From an uncultured Bacteroidales bacterium (GTDB lineage: Bacteria > Bacteroidota > Bacteroidia > Bacteroidales > UBA932), in assembly GCA_947169015.1 (NCBI GenBank), contig CAMVOD010000002.1:53855-117854 (forward strand): a stretch of DNA of 64,000 bases. Reading direction: 5' to 3'. Each line of letters starts with the position of its first letter. The first letter of the stretch is position 1. Made by a program: the position numbers and the translations under genes. The notes under the pieces were generated by a model. That model made no database searches and was not told the origin of the DNA. It was given only the letters and a program-made list of their open reading frames with translations. Shown one piece after another: positions 54,688 through 64,000 of this stretch.

Positions 54688-54763
54688 GCGCGCAGTTCCA
54701 GCCACGGAAAAGAGCTAAAAAGTGACCGACGGACGGAAAAATCGGTTTTCGGCTGGGGCTTCG

Positions 54764-55057
54764 CTAGACCACCTGCTCGATGTTCCAGACGAAGGCGCGT
54801 ACGCCGACGGCCTTGTTGCGGTTGTCGAGCTTGCGGACGGTGTCGAGGAGCTCGGGAACGCGGTCGTCATCGATGACAACCATCACCGCCGAATTCATCT
54901 CCGGCCAGGTATGCGTGCCACGATGTGGTTCGCCGGTCCTGGAGCCGCGGCCCTGCACCTGCTCGAAGAAAGTGAAACCCGAAATCTTGAGCTCGTCGAG
55001 CATATACTCCACGCGCTCAGTGTTAGCCTGGTTGAAAACTATAAAAACACTCTTCAT
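54764..55057 (-). CDS. Small PII-fold-like, RND-transporter-associated protein (PG0541-type by position)
   Basis: 97-aa ORF 3 nt downstream of the RND pump gene on the same strand. The sequence VFIVFNQANTERVEYMLDELKISGFTFFEQVQGRGSRTGEPH... has a PII-like beta-alpha-beta pattern. Confidence 0.55.
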   Translation of the reverse strand: MKSVFIVFNQANTERVEYMLDELKISGFTFFEQVQGRGSRTGEPHRGTHTWPEMNSAVMVVIDDDRVPELLDTVRKLDNRNKAVGVRAFVWNIEQVV

Positions 55058-55060
55058 AAC

Positions 55061-58000
55061 TTATTCCTCCTCCTTCGCGTCAGGTGACAGCTGCATAAAG
55101 ATGAAATTGCGACGGTTGCGCTCTTTCTTGTTGCGGTCGCTGTCCTTGCTGAGCACAGCATAGAAGACAGGTACGACGATAAGCGTCACGAACGTCGACA
55201 CGAGCAGACCGCCGATGACGACGATACCCAGCGGATGCCACATCTCGGAACCTTCACCACGGCTGAGCGCCATAGGAAGCATACCGAGGACAGTCGTCAT
55301 AGCCGTCATCATCACAGGACGCAGACGGGAACGGCCGGACAGCGCGATAGCCTCGCTGAGCTCGTGCCCGCGGTCGCGCATCAGATTGATGTAGTCCACC
55401 AGCACAATACCGTTCTTGACCACGATACCGATAAGCATCACGACACCGAGCGCCGCAATCATATCGAGAGTGGTGCCCGTAGCCCAGAGAGCCAGGATCA
55501 CACCCGTGATGGCGAAAGGAATCGCCAGCAGGATGATGGCCGGCTTCGAGAACGACTCGAACTGTGAAGCCATCACCACATACACCAGAAGGATGATCAG
55601 CAGCGCAAGCGCGATGATATTGCCGAACATTTCCTGCTGGTCCTCGAAGTCACCGCCGATCGACATTGTGATGCCCTCGGGAACAGTGACCTGGTCGATG
55701 ACACCCTGCACCGCCATCGCCATCTCGCCCAGAGAAGTGTTGTAGGGCATCACGCTCACCGTCAGGTAGCGCTGACGGCTCTTGCGGTCGATGGTCGGCG
55801 GAGCGAAATACTCCTCAAGGGTAGCAACCTCGCTGAGCTTGACAATCTTGCCGGTAGCAGTCGGAATCGACAGGTTGTAGATATCATTGATAGAATTGCG
55901 GTCATCCTCGCGCAGACGCACCACGATATTATACTCCTCTCCGTCCTCCTTGAGGAAGCCCGAAGCCAGACCGCCGACGCGGTTGCGCACATAAGTAGAA
56001 ATAGTCGCAGCGTTCAGGCCGAACGACGAAGCCTTCTCCTTGTCGATGACGAGGTTCAGCTCGGGACGGTCCTTCTCGCGGCTTATAGTGACGTTCCTGG
56101 CGTCAGGAATCTTCTCGATGATAGTATTGCGGACCTGCTCGGCAAGAACGTTGGTCTCGTCGAAGTCGTAGCCGTAAATCTCCACGTCCACGGTAGAAGT
56201 ACCGCCACCGCCCATACCGCCTTGCGAATTGACCTGATATCTTACAATCTCAGGATAGTTCAGCAACTCCTGGCGGATGACCTCGCCGATCTCGTCGATA
56301 GTGCGTGTACGCTCATATTTCTTGACGCAGACGACAGTCATCTGGATGGAATTGTTAGTCGTAGACGAGAAAATCGCGCTTGTGCCGGAAGCATCGCTGC
56401 TACCTGCAGAAGTCGAAATCATCCTAACCTCAGGCACCAGCTCGTTGATGCGGGCCTCGATGGCACGGGCAGTCTTAAGAGTCTGCTCGATGCGCGTGCC
56501 GTTCTGCAGTTCGATAGTCACACGCACACGGCCGTTGTCGGAAGGCTGCATAAAGTCAGTACCGATCTGGCCGGTGCAGGCAGGAATCAGGGAAGCCACG
56601 AACAGGGCTGTGAATGCAAGCAGTGTCAGAGCCTTGTGGCGCAGGCAGACGCGCAGAGCCCTGGCATACCAGTTGTCGATGGCGTCGAGCACCCGGCCTA
56701 CCGTCCTTTCGTAGAAAGTCTTCTTCTCCGACACCTCAACGATATGTCCGGTCTCGTCGATCTCGACCTTCTTGGCCTTCAGCAACTGAGAGCAGAGCAT
56801 AGGAGTCAGGGAGATAGCCACCACGGTAGAAGTGCAGACCACGATCGTCACGATCCATCCAAGCTCCTTGAAGAGGATGCCGGCCATACCGGTGAGCATA
56901 GTCAGAGGCACGAACACGGCCACGATCACGAGCGTAGTCGCAATAACTGACACCCATACCTCGTTCGTAGCATAGATGGCCGCCTCGCGCGGACTCGAGC
57001 CCCTGTCGATATGTTTGGAGATATTCTCCAGCACGACGATGGCATCATCCACCACCATACCGATGGCAACCGTCAGCGAGCAGAGCGAAATGATGTTCAG
57101 CGAACTGCCCGAAAGCGCCAGATAGATGAACGCCACAATCAAGGCTATGGGGATGGTCAGGCCGATGATGAACGTAGCCCTCCATTTGCCGAGGAAGATG
57201 AACACCACCAGCACCACGAACAGCAGCGCATAGAGGATAGACTCCTCGAGCGAATTGATGGAATTCTGGATTTCTTCGGAAGAATCGTAGACCACTTCGA
57301 TGTTGATGTCGGCCGGCAGATTCTTCTTGAGCCTTGCCATCGCCTTGTTCACGTCGCGGCAGATCTGCACGGTGTTGGCGCCGGTCTGCTTGGTGATCAG
57401 AAGGGTGACGGCTTCCTGACCGTTGACTTTCGAGTCGAGCGACAGGTCCTTGATGGTATCGCGGACCGAAGCGATATCTTTCACGAAGACTTTCGCTCCG
57501 GCGGGAGTCGTAGTCACGACCACATTCGCGATCTCGCTGCTCTCGACATACTCACTGCGCACCTCGAGCTGATACTGCTCCCTCTCCATCTTGACAAGAC
57601 CAGAAGAAAGGTTCAGGTTGTTGGAAGTAATCGCAGAGCTGACACTTTCCAGCGGAATTCCGAAAGCATCCAGCTTGTTCTGGTCGATATCCACATATAC
57701 ATACCTGTCGGGAGCTCCGGTCACCGATATGTTTCCGATGCCGTCCACGCGGTTCAGCTGCGGGATCAGGTCGTCGTTCATAATTTTCTCCAGACCAGAG
57801 TAGCTCTCCTTGGCCGTTACCGCGAACTGGATGATAGGCATCGCGCTCGAGCTGAACTTGAAAAGATAGGGATTGGTACATCCGCTCGGCAGCGCATCTT
57901 TCAGCATATCGACGTACGACCGCACGTCATTCATAACCTCGTCGATGTCGGTGCCCCATTCGAGCTCCAGCATCACGACAGACGTATTGTCCCTTGAGGT

Positions 58001-58246
58001 AGAAGTCATCTCCTTGAGGTGGTCGACAGAGTTGAGGCTGTTCTCCACCAGCCTTGTCACATTAGTCTCTATCTCGGAAGCACTGGCGCCCGGATAGGTT
58101 GTCATCACCGTGATGTACGGCGGATCCATCTCCGGGAACTGGTCGATGGGCAGAAGGCGGAACGCATACACGCCCAGGACGATGATGGCAACGAATATCA
58201 GCAGAGTCGTTACCGGCTTGTCTATAGCTGTCTTGTAGATACTCAT
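55061..58246 (-). CDS. RND efflux transporter permease (AcrB/HAE1-like)
   Basis: 1061 aa with 12-TM architecture and two large periplasmic loops. N-terminus AIDKPVTTLLIFVAIIVLG. Confidence 0.93.
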   Translation of the reverse strand: MSIYKTAIDKPVTTLLIFVAIIVLGVYAFRLLPIDQFPEMDPPYITVMTTYPGASASEIETNVTRLVENSLNSVDHLKEMTSTSRDNTSVVMLELEWGTDIDEVMNDVRSYVDMLKDALPSGCTNPYLFKFSSSAMPIIQFAVTAKESYSGLEKIMNDDLIPQLNRVDGIGNISVTGAPDRYVYVDIDQNKLDAFGIPLESVSSAITSNNLNLSSGLVKMEREQYQLEVRSEYVESSEIANVVVTTTPAGAKVFVKDIASVRDTIKDLSLDSKVNGQEAVTLLITKQTGANTVQICRDVNKAMARLKKNLPADINIEVVYDSSEEIQNSINSLEESILYALLFVVLVVFIFLGKWRATFIIGLTIPIALIVAFIYLALSGSSLNIISLCSLTVAIGMVVDDAIVVLENISKHIDRGSSPREAAIYATNEVWVSVIATTLVIVAVFVPLTMLTGMAGILFKELGWIVTIVVCTSTVVAISLTPMLCSQLLKAKKVEIDETGHIVEVSEKKTFYERTVGRVLDAIDNWYARALRVCLRHKALTLLAFTALFVASLIPACTGQIGTDFMQPSDNGRVRVTIELQNGTRIEQTLKTARAIEARINELVPEVRMISTSAGSSDASGTSAIFSSTTNNSIQMTVVCVKKYERTRTIDEIGEVIRQELLNYPEIVRYQVNSQGGMGGGGTSTVDVEIYGYDFDETNVLAEQVRNTIIEKIPDARNVTISREKDRPELNLVIDKEKASSFGLNAATISTYVRNRVGGLASGFLKEDGEEYNIVVRLREDDRNSINDIYNLSIPTATGKIVKLSEVATLEEYFAPPTIDRKSRQRYLTVSVMPYNTSLGEMAMAVQGVIDQVTVPEGITMSIGGDFEDQQEMFGNIIALALLIILLVYVVMASQFESFSKPAIILLAIPFAITGVILALWATGTTLDMIAALGVVMLIGIVVKNGIVLVDYINLMRDRGHELSEAIALSGRSRLRPVMMTAMTTVLGMLPMALSRGEGSEMWHPLGIVVIGGLLVSTFVTLIVVPVFYAVLSKDSDRNKKERNRRNFIFMQLSPDAKEEE

Positions 58247-59250
58247 TACCTGTTGATCTTAAGTTTCACGCCGTCCACCAGCTTCTCTGCACCTGTAACG
58301 ACAATCTCCTCACCGGGATTGAGCTCGTCGCTCTCTATTTCAATCTTGTCGTCATACCTCTCGCCCAGTTTGACGAAGACACGCCTTGCAACGCCGTTGT
58401 CGTTGACGTAGATATACCTTTCGTTGGAACCGGTGAGCTTCTGGACACTCTGATAAGGAAGGACCATAGCCTCAACCTTGCCGAGGGCAAGCTTGGCATA
58501 AGCATACATTCCGGGGCGCAGACGCTCTCCGCCGTTGGGGATGCGTATCCTCACCTGAAAGGTATGTGAAGCAGGGTCTATGGTAGGATATACGATGTCA
58601 ATGGAACCCTTGAAAGTCTCGCCGGGATAAATGTCGCAGAGCACATCTACGCTCATACCCTTGTGGACAAGCGGGAAGTACGACTCCGGCACGTTGACCA
58701 GGGCCTTGAGCACATTGATCTGGGTCAGCGTCAGGATGGCCTGGCCGCTGTAGAGCTCGCCGTCCTCATAGTTTTTGGCAGAGATGACGCCGGGGAACTT
58801 GGCCTTCACGTAGGTGTTCTCCTCAAGGAAGCGCAGGCTTTCGGCCGTCTGGTCAAAGCTCAGCTTGGTCTGGTCGTAGGTCTGCTTCGAGATGGCACCA
58901 GTCGCAACCAGAGCTTCCATACGTGCAAGCTCCTGCTGGAGATTGGTATAGGTCAGCTTGGTGGTGGTGTACTGGTTCTGGTCCATACGCACAAGGTTGG
59001 AACCGGTAGACACCCTCGTGCCCACCTCGGTGTATATATGTTCGATGCGTCCTGTCACTGAGGGCGCGATGTCCATCTTCTGATAGCCTTCGAGGGTCGT
59101 CGACAGAGACAGAACCCTTTCAACTGTTGACGCCGTCAGCGGCGCAACCTCTACAAGCTCTTCACGCTGCTCTTCTTCGATCTGGGGCTTCATCTTGCAG
59201 CCGGTCACCAACACAAGAGCGCAGAGCGCAAAAACTGATATCTTTTTCAT
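58246..59250 (-). CDS. RND efflux periplasmic adaptor (membrane fusion protein)
   Basis: Lipobox LVLVTGC. Coiled-coil hairpin plus beta-barrel pattern. 1-nt overlap with the pump gene. Confidence 0.9.
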   Translation of the reverse strand: MKKISVFALCALVLVTGCKMKPQIEEEQREELVEVAPLTASTVERVLSLSTTLEGYQKMDIAPSVTGRIEHIYTEVGTRVSTGSNLVRMDQNQYTTTKLTYTNLQQELARMEALVATGAISKQTYDQTKLSFDQTAESLRFLEENTYVKAKFPGVISAKNYEDGELYSGQAILTLTQINVLKALVNVPESYFPLVHKGMSVDVLCDIYPGETFKGSIDIVYPTIDPASHTFQVRIRIPNGGERLRPGMYAYAKLALGKVEAMVLPYQSVQKLTGSNERYIYVNDNGVARRVFVKLGERYDDKIEIESDELNPGEEIVVTGAEKLVDGVKLKINR

Positions 59251-59267
59251 AGGTACTTATATATTCT

Positions 59268-60545
59268 TTAGTTGTTCAACAGTTTTTCCAGTTCTATCTG
59301 GGCATTCACGAACTCGAGGACCGCCTGCACGTATGCACTCTGGGAAGTGATGAGGGTGGTGCTGGCGTTCGTCATCTCCAGCGCGCTGGAATAGCCCTGC
59401 TCATATTTGCGGGAGATATTGTCGAAGACTCTCTTGTTGACCTCGACGGCCTGCTTCTGGTCGATGTATTTCGCGTACGCGTTCTGCAGGTTGTAGCAAA
59501 GCTGGCGGTACTGGATCTGAAGGCTGTTTTCAGTCTCGGCAAGAGTATTGAGCTGCTTCTGGTAAGACATCTTGGCGCTCTGGATCTTCTTGGTGTTCGA
59601 CAGGCTTGAGAAGATGGGCACGCTTACCATCACATTCATCGTGTTCGGAGGGGTCATATCCATACCTTCGCCGAAGTTGTGCTTGGCTGAAAACTGATAT
59701 GCAAGGCTGACCGTCGGGGCCAGGCTCCACTTGTTGAGGGTGATCTGCTTGCGGGCCAGCTCGACATTCTTCTTCAGCAGCTGGTAATTATAGTTGTTGT
59801 CGAGATTGAACTGCTCGTTCATCATAGCCAGACCGGCATCCATATCGAGCAGTTTGTCGATGGTGTCGGTGAGCACAATCTCAGCGTCTGGGTCAAGGTC
59901 GAGCTGAAGCCTGAGGCTGTTGTAGAGCATCTCAAGACTGTTCTCGGAGTTTTTGATGGCAGTCTTGGCAGAAGCCACCTGCACCATCAGCTGGTCTGCG
60001 CTGACCTGCTCCGAGGCACCGACGTCCACAGACTGCTGTGAAAAATCATAGAGCCGCTGTACGCCGTCGAGGTTGTCGTGGAGCAAGGCTATGGTCTGGT
60101 CGGCCATAAGTATCGAATAATACAGGGTCTTGACCTGGCTGGCCACATTCTGCTCGGTCTGATGGGCCGTTATATCCGACATCTGCTGGGAGATCTTGCT
60201 GATCGCAGCGTTCAGCACCTGTGCGCCGCTCAGCGCCATTGAAGCGGTGACGCCCATCGAAGCGCTGCTGGGCAGGGCTATGGACATCCCGCCGAAGTTC
60301 ATAAGGTAGCCGAACATATCGTTGTAGGTGCCGCTGGCGTTGACCTGGGGCAACATACTGGCAATGGCCTGCCACCTGTTGGCCTGGGCGATTTTAACAT
60401 CAATCGTGGCATTTTCGAGAGTGCGGTTGCGCTCTATCGCCATCTTCTGGGCCTCCTCAAGAGACAGACGCAGCACGTCGTTCTGGGCAGGCAGTTGGAA
60501 GGCAGCCGCAAAGAGAAGTATGGCTGCCGCTATAAATGATCTCAC
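59268..60545 (-). CDS. TolC-family outer membrane efflux protein
   Basis: Two TolC-type repeats. Start moved to in-frame GTG 60545, giving the signal peptide (M)RSFIAAAILLFAAAFQLPAQ. The ATG at 60584 lies upstream of a TATCTTTG promoter box located inside that extension. Confidence 0.85.
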   Translation of the reverse strand: MRSFIAAAILLFAAAFQLPAQNDVLRLSLEEAQKMAIERNRTLENATIDVKIAQANRWQAIASMLPQVNASGTYNDMFGYLMNFGGMSIALPSSASMGVTASMALSGAQVLNAAISKISQQMSDITAHQTEQNVASQVKTLYYSILMADQTIALLHDNLDGVQRLYDFSQQSVDVGASEQVSADQLMVQVASAKTAIKNSENSLEMLYNSLRLQLDLDPDAEIVLTDTIDKLLDMDAGLAMMNEQFNLDNNYNYQLLKKNVELARKQITLNKWSLAPTVSLAYQFSAKHNFGEGMDMTPPNTMNVMVSVPIFSSLSNTKKIQSAKMSYQKQLNTLAETENSLQIQYRQLCYNLQNAYAKYIDQKQAVEVNKRVFDNISRKYEQGYSSALEMTNASTTLITSQSAYVQAVLEFVNAQIELEKLLNN

Positions 60546-60571
60546 GTGAATAACTATTTTTTCTGAAGCCG

Positions 60572-60579
60572 CAAAGATA
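60572..60579 (-). promoter_or_regulatory. Candidate -7 promoter box (TATCTTTG) for the efflux operon
   Basis: TAnnTTTG match on the minus strand, 26 nt upstream of GTG 60545. Confidence 0.4.
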
Positions 60580-60621
60580 TGCAAAAATTGTTCCTTACAA
60601 CAATCTGGAAGGGCTTTTCAG

Positions 60622-60629
60622 TAATTTTG
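60622..60629 (+). promoter_or_regulatory. Candidate -7 promoter box (TAATTTTG) for trxA
   Basis: TAnnTTTG match 56 nt upstream of ATG 60686. Confidence 0.35.
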
Positions 60630-60685
60630 CTTTACGGCAAAATATTTGCTACTTTCGCAACAGCTAAAAATAGAGGCCAAATATT

Positions 60686-61000
60686 ATGGAACTTAACATT
60701 TCTGATTCAAATTTCGATGCAATCCTCAGCGAAGGACTGCCTGTAATGGTTGATTTCTGGGCTCCCTGGTGCGGCCCCTGCAGAAGGGTCTCTCCCATCG
60801 TAGAAGAGCTTGCCGGCGAATACGAAGGCAAAATCAAAATATGCAAATGCAACGTGGATGAGAATGATGCAATCCCTATGAAATATTCTATCCGCAACAT
60901 CCCCACGCTTCTTTTCTTCAAGAACGGCGAACTGGTGGACCGTCTGGTCGGCGCAGTTCCCAAACAGGAAATCGAAGACAAAATCAAATCGCTGCTGTAA
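60686..61000 (+). CDS. trxA: Thioredoxin
   Basis: 104 aa with the WAPWCGPC active site. Confidence 0.95.
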   Translation: MELNISDSNFDAILSEGLPVMVDFWAPWCGPCRRVSPIVEELAGEYEGKIKICKCNVDENDAIPMKYSIRNIPTLLFFKNGELVDRLVGAVPKQEIEDKIKSLL

Positions 61001-61650
61001 TGAAAAGAATAATCATATCTCTCGCCATAGTGGTGATGGCCGCTGCCGCCAGCTTCAGCGCAAAAGCGGAAGGCCTCGTCATCAAGGGCGGTTTCAGCTA
61101 CACTCACCTCGACCTGACCCAGTCCATCAAGGACCAGGCCCAGCAACTTGCAGTGAATGCAAGGAATTTTTCGGGCTTCCACGCCGGCATCGGCTACCAG
61201 ACCGAAAGCCTCGGCGGTTTCACCCTGCAGCCTGAGCTGATGTTCCTTTCCAAGAAAGGCAACCAGTTCGGTGACAAGTATTCCTGGAGCCTGAGCTACC
61301 TTGAGCTCCCCATCAACATCCAGTGGGGCATCGACCTCGTGGCCCTGCGTCCTTTCGTGCAGTTGAGCCCTTACATCGGCTACAACATCAAGAACAGGCC
61401 TTCAGCCCCGAAAGACGGTGACAAGAGGGTTATGGACTTCCTCACCAGCTTCACCCAGGATCCGAACCGCTTCTCATACGGCCTCGGCATCGGCGGAGGC
61501 ATCGAGATTATGCGCCGCTTCCAGGTCAGCGCACAGTATGTCTGGAACTTCGGCCGCGTGATCAGCGCACAGCAATACATCGACAACGCCGCCAACGCAA
61601 CGCGCGATATGGCTGCCGGCCTCGAGATTTCGCTGGGTCTGATGTTCTAA
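61000..61650 (+). CDS. Outer membrane beta-barrel protein (porin-family / PorT-like fold)
   Basis: Signal peptide, alternating amphipathic strands and a C-terminal LEISLGLMF ending in Phe. Confidence 0.75.
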   Translation: MKRIIISLAIVVMAAAASFSAKAEGLVIKGGFSYTHLDLTQSIKDQAQQLAVNARNFSGFHAGIGYQTESLGGFTLQPELMFLSKKGNQFGDKYSWSLSYLELPINIQWGIDLVALRPFVQLSPYIGYNIKNRPSAPKDGDKRVMDFLTSFTQDPNRFSYGLGIGGGIEIMRRFQVSAQYVWNFGRVISAQQYIDNAANATRDMAAGLEISLGLMF

Positions 61651-62036
61651 TTCAAGGCGCTCACAAGCCACTTGCCGCCTTCCTTGGTCAGGGTCATATT
61701 CATCTCCTGACCGATTTCACTGCCCATCGGATAGAGCAGATATTTGACGTATGCCCTGCCCTTTTCAGATTCGTCGTCTACCGACGTAATCTCGAAACGG
61801 GTGGCGGCAGCTGCGTCTTTGATCCTGGCCAGCAGCGTAGTGTCGAGCGACTGCCAGTCTTCGGTGGCGATGCGCAGGTTCGCTGTCACGCTGCTGTCGC
61901 AATAGGCGGCCGCGGCGTCATAATCCATAGTCAGGTAGCTGGTCAGGAAGCCTTCGGCAGCCTTGCCGGCCTTGTCGTCAGTGCAGGCGCAAAGCAGGAG
62001 CGCCGCACAAAGAATGACTGATATCTTTTTCATCAC
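61647..62036 (-). CDS. Small hypothetical lipoprotein (DUF4878/NTF2-like pattern)
   Basis: Lipobox LLLCAC. 129 aa. Contains AEGFLTSYLTMDYDAAAAYC. Confidence 0.6.
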   Translation of the reverse strand: MMKKISVILCAALLLCACTDDKAGKAAEGFLTSYLTMDYDAAAAYCDSSVTANLRIATEDWQSLDTTLLARIKDAAAATRFEITSVDDESEKGRAYVKYLLYPMGSEIGQEMNMTLTKEGGKWLVSALN

Positions 62037-62047
62037 ATCAATTGTTT

Positions 62048-63745
62048 CTAATTGGAGCGGAGAATGTCCCCGTGGTCCTTCACTATGCCGCGCAGCCAGC
62101 GCTCGGGGAAAGCGGGATGCTCAGGGCCTGCGGGAATGTCGCTGCCCTCGGTTTCGAGCTTGAAGCTGCCGTCGGGATTCTGGACCTTGATGTTGCCGTC
62201 CATAAATTTCACGAGCAGCTCGTTCTCAAGCTGCTGCCAGCGGGTCATCATCCTTTCGGCCAGTCCGCAGCTCACGTCCGTCAGCACCTGGAGAGCCTCG
62301 GCACGACGGCCTTCGGCCAGCAGTCTGCCTGCCCTTTCATCTGCAAAAGCTACTGCGTCCAGACCGAGGTTTTCGTGTCTTTCAACCTCTTTCAGGATTA
62401 CGGGAGCCACACGGTCGTACATCAGATAGGCGAAGTGGGTGACCTTGTTGACCTGCCAGAAAGCGGAGGTCGGAGAGTATTCGATCATACTGCCGTTGCC
62501 CTCGCGGAAGCACTCGGGAACTGCAGTGATATTGGTGTACATAGGTGTGAGGGCTGATGTGCCGGCATCGTCCACGCCGAACCACTGGATGCCGCCGATC
62601 TCGTCGGGCAGCCAGCTGCGTGACTGACTGAGGATCCAGAAGCCTGTCTGCTGGGTGGCGATGGCCCTTTCGTGGACATAGCTTGCTCCGTCGACGGTGA
62701 AGCTCATAGGACGCCATCTGTACGGCACGTGGTTGGGGCCGGCGCCGACATCCTGGGTCATATCCATAGGAGTGCCCTCGTAGTGGTCGCGCATTACGTC
62801 TGACAGAGCGCGCACGCTGACTTTCTGAGCCGGCTTGACGAAGAGCGGCATCTTGTGGCCGAGGTTGTGGCCCATCGCGAAGTCGAGATAGTCATCGGCA
62901 GCTGCCACGTGGCTCTTGCCCTTGTCGTCAACCCAGCTGAAGGAGCCGCCGGTCAGGATGTTGAATGCAGACCAGACCCTGGCCTCGCAAGCCCTCGCCC
63001 CTCCGAAATCGATGGGGCAGTATGCGTCGCAGAAGCTGAAGTCGGCATCCTTGCCGCTGAAGAAGCCTTTGCTGCGTGCGAAAGAGATCACGTCTTTCGA
63101 ATAGAGGCAGTTCTCAGGATCGTTCAGGGGGAAGGTGTGGATACGGGCCTGATTGGCGTGAGCACTGATATATCCGTCCGGAATCCTGCGGGCCACCCAT
63201 ACTGTGCCCTTCTGCGAACCTTTGCCCACCATCTCCATAATCCAGGCCTCCTTGCCGTCGGCAATGGAGAACGACTCGCCCTCGCTGACATAACCCCATT
63301 GCTGGGTCAGGGCATCCATCATTGCGATGGCCTCACGGGCGGTGCGTGCCCTCTGGAGGGTGATGTAGATCAGCGAACCGTAGTCGATGCCGCCCTCGTT
63401 CTCAAGGCCGCTACGGCCGCCGAAGGTGGTTTCGGTGATGGTCAGCTGGTATTGGTTCATATTTCCGACTGTCTGGTAGGTGTGCGGAACCTGGTCGATG
63501 TAGCCCAGGAATGTGCCCTCGTCCCAGCTGTGCACGGGGAGTTTTGCACCGGCGGGCCAGTCTGCGGCAGGGTGGTAATACAGCACGCCGTACAGCTGGT
63601 GGCTGTCGGCGGCATAGGTCACCATCGTCGAACCGTCGGCCGAAGCGCCTCTGGTAACTATTATATTGGTACAAGCGTCGGTGGGGCAGACGTCCGCCAG
63701 AAGGCATACAGCCATAAGGACAGACAGTAAGGAAGCTTTTTTCAT
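62048..63745 (-). CDS. C69-family dipeptidase
   Basis: Signal peptide followed by the N-terminal nucleophile Cys in DACTNIIVTRGASADGS. 565 aa. Confidence 0.9.
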   Translation of the reverse strand: MKKASLLSVLMAVCLLADVCPTDACTNIIVTRGASADGSTMVTYAADSHQLYGVLYYHPAADWPAGAKLPVHSWDEGTFLGYIDQVPHTYQTVGNMNQYQLTITETTFGGRSGLENEGGIDYGSLIYITLQRARTAREAIAMMDALTQQWGYVSEGESFSIADGKEAWIMEMVGKGSQKGTVWVARRIPDGYISAHANQARIHTFPLNDPENCLYSKDVISFARSKGFFSGKDADFSFCDAYCPIDFGGARACEARVWSAFNILTGGSFSWVDDKGKSHVAAADDYLDFAMGHNLGHKMPLFVKPAQKVSVRALSDVMRDHYEGTPMDMTQDVGAGPNHVPYRWRPMSFTVDGASYVHERAIATQQTGFWILSQSRSWLPDEIGGIQWFGVDDAGTSALTPMYTNITAVPECFREGNGSMIEYSPTSAFWQVNKVTHFAYLMYDRVAPVILKEVERHENLGLDAVAFADERAGRLLAEGRRAEALQVLTDVSCGLAERMMTRWQQLENELLVKFMDGNIKVQNPDGSFKLETEGSDIPAGPEHPAFPERWLRGIVKDHGDILRSN

Positions 63746-63776
63746 ATTGGCAGTATTATTGTGAGAATCTATTTTT

Positions 63777-63784
63777 TAAATTTG
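63777..63784 (+). promoter_or_regulatory. Candidate -7 promoter box (TAAATTTG) for the partial downstream gene
   Basis: TAnnTTTG match 29 nt upstream of ATG 63814. Confidence 0.4.
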
Positions 63785-63791
63785 CATCAGA

Positions 63792-63799
63792 CAAAGATA
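63792..63799 (-). promoter_or_regulatory. Candidate -7 promoter box (TATCTTTG) for the C69 dipeptidase gene
   Basis: TAnnTTTG match on the minus strand, 46 nt upstream of the ATG at 63745. GACAAAGATAAGAAAAA is shared with the box region at 51675-51691. Confidence 0.4.
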
Positions 63800-63813
63800 A
63801 GAAAAACCCTACT

Positions 63814-64000
63814 ATGCATAAATTCATTTTCACACTTGCTGTCATTGCCGCGATGTCTGTCAGCTTCGGCGCCGCCGCGCAGCAGAACAATGAAATGCCC
63901 GACCCGATGGAGCTCGCGGCCAAGATGGCGGACCAGCTGGAACGCGACCTTGGCCTCGATGCCGCTCAGGTTTTCAAGATAGACACCCTGCTCCAGCACG
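63814..64000 (+). CDS. Partial (5' end only) secreted protein running off the window
   Basis: ATG 63814. MHKFIFTLAVIAAMSVSFGAAAQQNNEMPDPMELAAKMADQLERDLGLDAAQVFKIDTLLQH is open to the window end. Signal peptide plus an LxxxQ-type helical motif. It is absent from the ORF track because no stop is reached. Confidence 0.55.
   Translation, partial: MHKFIFTLAVIAAMSVSFGAAAQQNNEMPDPMELAAKMADQLERDLGLDAAQVFKIDTLLQH

Overview
High-GC Bacteroidota (Bacteroidales-like) chromosomal window. This placement rests on many TAnnTTTG -7 promoter boxes, the absence of Shine-Dalgarno sites, a GldH-like gene, a PG0541-type gene, FISUMP and Big_2/LRR lipoproteins, and purH-mreBCD-mrdA-rodA synteny. About 56 protein genes are present, mostly core housekeeping. 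These include mrcA-ddl-prmC-radA (minus strand), topA, an Lrp/AsnC regulator, ispD, purH-mreB-mreC-mreD-mrdA-rodA, gcvP, pgk, lgt, miaA, smpB, a lone sdhC/frdC-type cytochrome b, hemW, a U32 peptidase, pyrH-frr-holB-PSP1-GldH-like-trmB, a carboxylesterase, a TolC-MFP-RND-PII-like efflux operon, trxA and a C69 dipeptidase. One secreted glycan-related operon is present (Big_2/LRR lipoprotein, GH43+CBM6, GH20, hypothetical). I saw no rRNA, tRNA or CRISPR array. No complete, obviously new multi-gene system is visible. Four non-core patches deserve a second look. (1) 1-860: a 156-bp element closed by a 23-bp inverted repeat, then a truncated rhuM-like gene bracketed by three copies of a hairpin repeat. 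(2) 3.9-8.8 kb: an HUH/Y1 RAYT-like transposase between three copies of a ~170-320 bp composite block of nested GGGGTAGGTCC/GGACCTACCCC hairpins, followed by a chimeric FISUMP lipoprotein gene. (3) Two copies (38431-38608 and 54512-54687) of a ~177-bp palindromic element. Their 108-bp cores are 107/108 identical and inverted relative to each other, and their 34-35 bp stems differ only by fully compensated changes. (4) A low-GC island at 53.2-54.5 kb with an apparently frameshifted NYN-domain gene and about 550 bp without ORFs. All product calls come from motif and pattern recognition by eye, since no database search was possible. GC statements are also by eye.
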